This document shows, piece by piece, positions 62,426 through 64,000 of a DNA stretch of 64,000 bases (position 1 is the stretch's first letter; each line of letters begins with the position of its first letter). The notes beneath the pieces were generated by a model. The model was given only the letters and a program-made list of their open reading frames with translations, had not been told where the DNA came from and did no database searches. The stretch comes from Klebsormidium nitens (Eukaryota > Plantae > Klebsormidiophyceae), in assembly GCA_000708835.1 (NCBI GenBank), contig DF237294.1, positions 36,362-100,361 of the forward strand, written 5' to 3'. A program made the translations under genes and the position numbers.

Positions 62426-64000
62426 CTGGTCGGTTCATTGGAAATTTTGCGATGAAACTCAAGACGTCAAAGGGTCACATGCTAGCAAAACATTCATAAC
62501 AACTTCAATCTGAAGGTCGTTCAATTCTTTGTGTCCAGGAGCGAATTGTGTAATTGTGAATCGAGTCCTGCTTTGGTTCCTCATTGCTTTACCGTTTGTG
62601 AATCATTCTAGGTTGCAGAATGGGTTCTGACTATCGACGAAGCCGAAGCGGGCGAGAAATCGTCCTTTCGTAAGCGGAGACAGCCCTCGTAGGATATGTG
62701 AAAACAGCGGCGTTCAAAATAATCTCGTCGACTGGAACTCAATTATTCAAGTTGGCTTTCTGACCGAATGCTTTTCTCTTCACTTCGAAATTGGATGGAA
62801 GTTTTATGTTCGCCGAGTCTAGACCCTAGACTCTACCCTAGACTCCGGGCTGGGGACTGTACATGAAGAGATTGAGAATGAGCAGCTAGCATTGGCAACT
62901 CACCCTCAGATCAAGCAAGCGCACTCAGTTGCATCAAGAAGTCAGGAAGTTGCTTCAACTATCTAAGATTGATTCCGATCCACAACGGGTATTTGCTCCC
63001 TGCTTACGATCCTATGGAAGCTAGTAGCGATGAAAATGACGTCCCTAATCTGTAGGTTCGTTTTGTGCAGGCGTCCGCTGACAGTGCACTTCTTGAACGA
63101 AGAGCACCAGGCCATGGTCGAAGCGTGCGAGCCAAGGCTGCCCGCAAACGTGATCCAAGTGGTCGGGCCTTGGACTGGGTTTCCATAACGAGGGTTGGTT
63201 GAGAAGTAGGAAAACTAAATCTTCCATTGTTGTAAAGCGGTTCCTTTCTCTGTTCCACACAAGGGTTCTCTGCTAGTCTTGAACAAGGCTCGGTAATCTG
63301 GGACTATTCAAGTTTCGACCACTGCGATGAAATGGACTGCTGAAGATTGTTTATTTTGGGTACTGAAAGCGGAATGATCTTAATTGCTTGTAGCCAGCTG
63401 TTTTGTTTACTGGATTATTAGTACGATGCAATTCGTAGATGAGGCTTGAGATGTGATGGCGCCGAGGCGCTGCCGCATCGACAAGGTACCGCATGACATG
63501 CTTGCTATATGGGCCGAATTCAGTGCGATAGTGGAAAAGTTATAGCGTCTTGAACGGCTTCAACATGGAACGGTCCCACTCGTTTTGAAGTTTTTGTATG
63601 CGTCGCCGAATGGGTCCTACAAGGCCCGATATCATGTTTCACTATCAGAGCTGTACGGTGCAGTCGCCGCAGTCTGTCAATGATGTCAATTGACTGGTGC
63701 AAGAGTTTCTCCGCCACTTTACGCGTGCATTGGCCCAGCCACGCGGGGGCCACGCGGTGACATCATGTGCAATACTAGCATATATTCTGACTTGTTATGT
63801 ACATGCCACAATGCGCGATCGCGACTTGTCTATGATTGAACGTGGATTGAACCTTTCAGTCCGGACACTCCACCGAATTGTGCATACTATTACATATGTG
63901 ACGGTTGGACAGGGTCACACGCTGCCTGTCTACTTCACATGTGCGGAAACCATGCGAAGCTTCTCAGCACGCCTTGGGATCACCTCGTGCAAGAGCGCCT

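Noticed and set aside
63071-63188. Isolated terminal-exon-like frame RPLTVHFLNEEHQAMVEACEPRLPANVIQVVGPWTGFP* (faint resemblance to SLX1 C-terminal region)
   Set aside because: Good acceptor, but no convincing upstream exons or GIY-YIG motif in the window.

Overview
Eukaryotic, GC-rich, intron-dense nuclear DNA with three assembly gaps; spliceosomal GTGAG/GTAAG...YGCAG introns occur throughout. A plant-type TKI1 gene and a plant-type FAD-oxidase/Cfa fusion suggest a streptophyte green alga such as Klebsormidium (inference). I assembled 12 protein genes from exons by hand: acetamidase/formamidase (+, 5'-truncated), an acidic coiled-coil protein (-), a PF10237/EEF1AKMT1-like methyltransferase (+), an orphan gene (-), an EEF1AKMT4-like methyltransferase (+), a DHPH-like FAD monooxygenase (-), an RlmI-like rRNA methyltransferase (+), TKI1 (-), ubiquitin-RPL40 (+), a two-domain cyclopropane fatty acid synthase (-), a Delta-9-type membrane desaturase (+) and a secreted trehalase (+). 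Three small mobile elements are visible: a tRNA-Ile-derived SINE with a perfect 16-bp target-site duplication, a 770-bp palindrome-packed TIR element, and a ~181-bp TIR element flanked by a 14-16-bp direct repeat. The best candidate for an undescribed system is the head-to-head pair of the FAD-oxidase/Cfa fusion and the desaturase (39379-50456), a possible modified fatty acid (cyclopropene, furan or methyl-branched) gene cluster. A caveat is that the first 11 genes strictly alternate strands, so divergent pairing is the local default. No database searches were run; family assignments come from motif recognition.
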